A DNA stretch of 64,000 bases from assembly GCF_964204645.1 (NCBI RefSeq), contig NC_134030.1, forward strand, positions 4,692,778 to 4,756,777, given 5' to 3'. Of the stretch, positions 60,901-64,000 are shown piece by piece; position 1 is the first letter of the stretch; each line of letters starts with the position of its first letter. The notes below the pieces were generated by a model that was not told the origin of the DNA, made no database searches, and worked only from the letters and a program-made list of their open reading frames with translations. Made by a program: the position numbers and the translations under genes. Source of the DNA: Tubulanus polymorphus. Its lineage: Eukaryota; Animalia; Nemertea.

Positions 60901-62996
60901 TTATCGGCTCGACAGACATACGTTCCGCTGTCCTGCACCTGTACATCTTTTAGAATAAGGTTTCCGTATTTTTGTTCGAAACGGCCGTCGGGTAAGATAG
61001 CGGCGACTCGCTCCCACGTAACGACCGGCACGGGAGAACCAGTCACAACGCATTCCAGAGTAACGTCCTGACCGCGAATAACAGATACATGCTGCTGCGG
61101 CGCCAACACAACTTTCGGGGGTTGATTATCAACCGGCGCTGAAAATAATAACCATTCTTTTCATGAATCTTACCGAAAACAGTATCACAATAATCAGAGT
61201 CTCTACAGATCAGTCATTCCTGTATACAAGGAGTTTTTAAGGTAGATAATTTCAGATTTTGTGGAAGTTTCTGCATCACATTCATATCTCGACTACAGTA
61301 GACATAAATTAGTACTGTTTATCTGTTTATCAGTACTGTTGATTTGATGGTTTTGTTAGAAGATTTCTATCCTTTACATTAACTAAACTCGGTTTCTAAT
61401 CCAGTTATTGCTCAATTGGGTTTGAAGAAATTGTGGGCCCAACTATCAATTTAGGCATAGTGTAAAAATACAAACATTTCTAATTGCCTATTTCTCAAAA
61501 TTAAAGGCGTTTGCTCAAATTAAGGAATTTCAAGCACCTTTAAAAGCACTTTCTATTTAAAGTTTTCAGGTATCAAGAAGTCTTAAGGACCTTGATGATA
61601 GTCATTTACTTCAACATTTAGGATTTCCACGAAATGAACATTGGGGTCTTACCGTGTACTTTGAGAGTAACGAGTTGGTGTGATTCTCGTACTTTATCCG
61701 TCAGGATATTCTCAGCTCGACACCGATACGTTCCTTGATCAGCCTGACGTACCTCCGATATTTGTAAACTACCCGACGGCAATATTTCATGTCGATCTGC
61801 AAGAATTTGTATTCAGAATGAGATTTCATTTTAATAGTACCGAGTTTACAATTGATCAATAGTCAAATTCTAATCCAGGCCCCAGATCCAAAGTTCTGAT
61901 TTGTATAGTAATGCAAATTTATAGTGATGTCATGGAGTCAGCGTTTCTATTTGCTTATAGTTCTATGAAATAACTCATTCAAAATGAACTAATTTCAACT
62001 CCCTAGTTAACTTGAAACTCACAACTGTGGAACTGGATTCAGATGAGAGGAAACAGTGGAACTGAGGGTAGAACTTACTAGAAGCGGAAGCGTCGAAGCG
62101 ACTTCCGTTTATTTGGAATGATACGAGAGGTTCAGGTAAACCGTAAGGCGGGTGACACGGTATCAAAGCTACGTTGCCTTCCGTCGTATTCACTATTAAA
62201 CTAGGTTTCTCTTCGCTGTCAAACTTCTTGATATCTGAAATGATGAGCCAACGAAAACATGAAGAATAGGACTGAAGAATGAATGAAGCAGACCTGACTA
62301 CCTGATGACTGTCACAGGATTGTCAACTAGTGACGGAGTGACGTACCGATGTCGATGTGGATATCTTAAACTAACTGTAATAGTTTTCCTCAAAAATGAG
62401 AGTAATTTGGCATCAAAAATTATAATTCAATGGATAAAGAACTAGAAATCATCCCGATCATGACAGGATTTTGACAACTCTTACAAGGCTCTTTCTTCCC
62501 ATTTACAAATACCCTGATTTTTCCATGTGATTACACAAAATTCCCTGAATAAATCTGAGAAATTTCTAGGTTTAAAATGTAACAATTCAATTATTCCCCG
62601 AGTTTTCCAGGTTTCCCAGGTTAAAAAGAGTAGAACAACTCTCAAATAGTAGTCGTAGTTAGGTATTTTTTATAGGTAGCAAAAATATCATATAACTACA
62701 CTTACTAGCCCTGCGGACCTCGACGGGTCGACTGACGATCGATCCTAAAGGCGTCGTAGCTACGCAGTGATACGTGCCCGCGTGCGGTTTATGACTACGC
62801 GTGTGTTTGAATGATTTTATATGCAGAATACCCTTCGTGATGATGACGCCTTGGTTTTCGTTGGTCGAGATGAAGTCACCGTTGTAAATCCAACGAATAC
62901 GCGCGTCCGACGGGTGGACTTTACAGTGCAATACGACTTTACCGTGAGGTCGCGCCGTCACTGAGTCCGGCTCACGGATAAACCGAGGCAAATCAT
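51936..62996 (-). CDS. ihog: Ihog/CDON/BOC-family Hedgehog co-receptor (5 Ig + long linker + 2 FN3 + TM + cytoplasmic tail); signal-peptide exon not found
   Basis: Ig exons at ~62996-62707, 62235-62077 + 61796-61653, 61138-60855, 60622-60468 + 59582-59383 and 59296-59020. FN3-1 PPSRPEVSKLSDTSVMLQW..FFRVQY..YRFRIVAVYSNNDNK. FN3-2 IEGFVIFYRP..YQIKMKCFNSAGASDFSN. TM LLYMVLGIVLGVMMLLLVIFMVMC at ~55085-55015. Confidence 0.9.
52375..52560. repeat. Dispersed repeat, second copy at ~61450-61592
   Basis: Shared blocks ttaggcatagt, tctaattgcctatttc, tttcaagcacctt and terminal ggacc in two ihog introns. Confidence 0.6.
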
Positions 62997-63103
62997 CTGA
63001 AATATAGAAAAAATATACTCAATGATTGTCAAATTCGTTTCTTTAATTTCTTTATTTGCTATGGACTGGATACAGCAAGCACCTTGCTTTTATCAATAAT
63101 AAT

Positions 63104-63339
63104 CAGGGTGGCCACTTTTATTTGAATTGCCCTTTTCCTGACTGGATCTGCTAAGAATCTAATCAATTAACAGAGTAAAAATATGTAGACAAAAAATGAA
63201 TAGATGGAAACTTTTTGAATTTACACACGATCTAACTTTCTCAACAAATTCCCCTGACTTTTCCCTGATTTTTAACTTTTTTACAAAAATTCCTGACTAT
63301 TCTCTGACTGTTTTAAAGAAAAGAAAAGTGGCCACCATG
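63104..63339. mobile_element. hAT-like MITE
   Basis: TIRs CAGGGTGGCCAC / GTGGCCACCATG, 8-bp flanks ataataat / ataatgat (7/8 match), internal ttccctga repeats. Confidence 0.72.
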
Positions 63340-64000
63340 ATAATGATAATAAATATAGCTGCAAAGCAGGGATACTGGTTTTCTGCCTAGCTGCACTGCT
63401 GTCAGTACAACTGAAGGAAAATACAGAAAATTGTTAAGATAATGATGACAAAAAATTGAGTCCTCATCTGTATTTGGATTTCCTTTTTTTAGAGAAAGCT
63501 GTCATTTGGATAATTCCTTTTGATTGTTCCAACTACGACTTTGACTAAAACGAGTTTCAACTGTATTCATTTAATACACCGACTACACTTGATGGAGACA
63601 CGAGAATCGAATCAGGAGTAAAAAAAAATCTCCCGACGGATTCAATCATCAATCGCTCTAACAGAGAGAGACATCGAATCTATCGATCGCGTTGACATCG
63701 ACGACGACAACAATGTCAACGTTAATCGCCGCGACGATGAAAATAAGATCATCGATCGGCGTGTCTGAATATCGTCATAGCGATGACAGACGGATCCGAT
63801 TGAAAATATCCCGATACTTATCATTATAGATAATCAATGCATTTTGTTATTAGATATTGAATCTAAGTCTAGTCGATGTATAGGGAATTTATTAGACCTA
63901 TTTCAATAACTCAGATGACGGATCCGCCGATGGAAATTTTCGAATAAATGAAAACAAATTAAAATGTTTGTAACTTGCTGAAAATCTGATCGACTTCTTT

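Overview
Eukaryotic (animal) nuclear DNA with short GT-AG introns, (TA)n microsatellites and many MITEs. The gene content suggests an invertebrate, probably lophotrochozoan (inference). No coding region could be assigned with confidence in the first ~11 kb. Next comes a ~1.9-kb direct duplication (11114-13088 / 18475-20350), each copy carrying an intronless class A GPCR and the last exon of an aquaglyceroporin. Between the two copies lies a ~5.4-kb very AT-rich, decayed Polinton/Maverick (adintovirus-like) fragment encoding a protein-primed family B DNA polymerase. The main finding is that this polymerase is split at catalytic motif C (YFD|TDA) by an intein (14087-14875) carrying a degenerate LAGLIDADG homing endonuclease, i.e. 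a fossil intein in an animal chromosome. Downstream are the full aquaglyceroporin gene, an orphan disordered ORF, a large secreted C-type lectin/WSC repeat gene (first intron apparently GC-AG), a third intronless GPCR, a very divergent type II pantothenate kinase, a two-domain Ly6/uPAR GPI-anchored protein, a METTL24-like methyltransferase, a ~700-bp nested palindrome, and an Ihog/CDON/BOC-family Hedgehog co-receptor with a ~417-aa mucin/acidic insert. All alignments and translations were done by eye, so exon limits may be off by a few bases.
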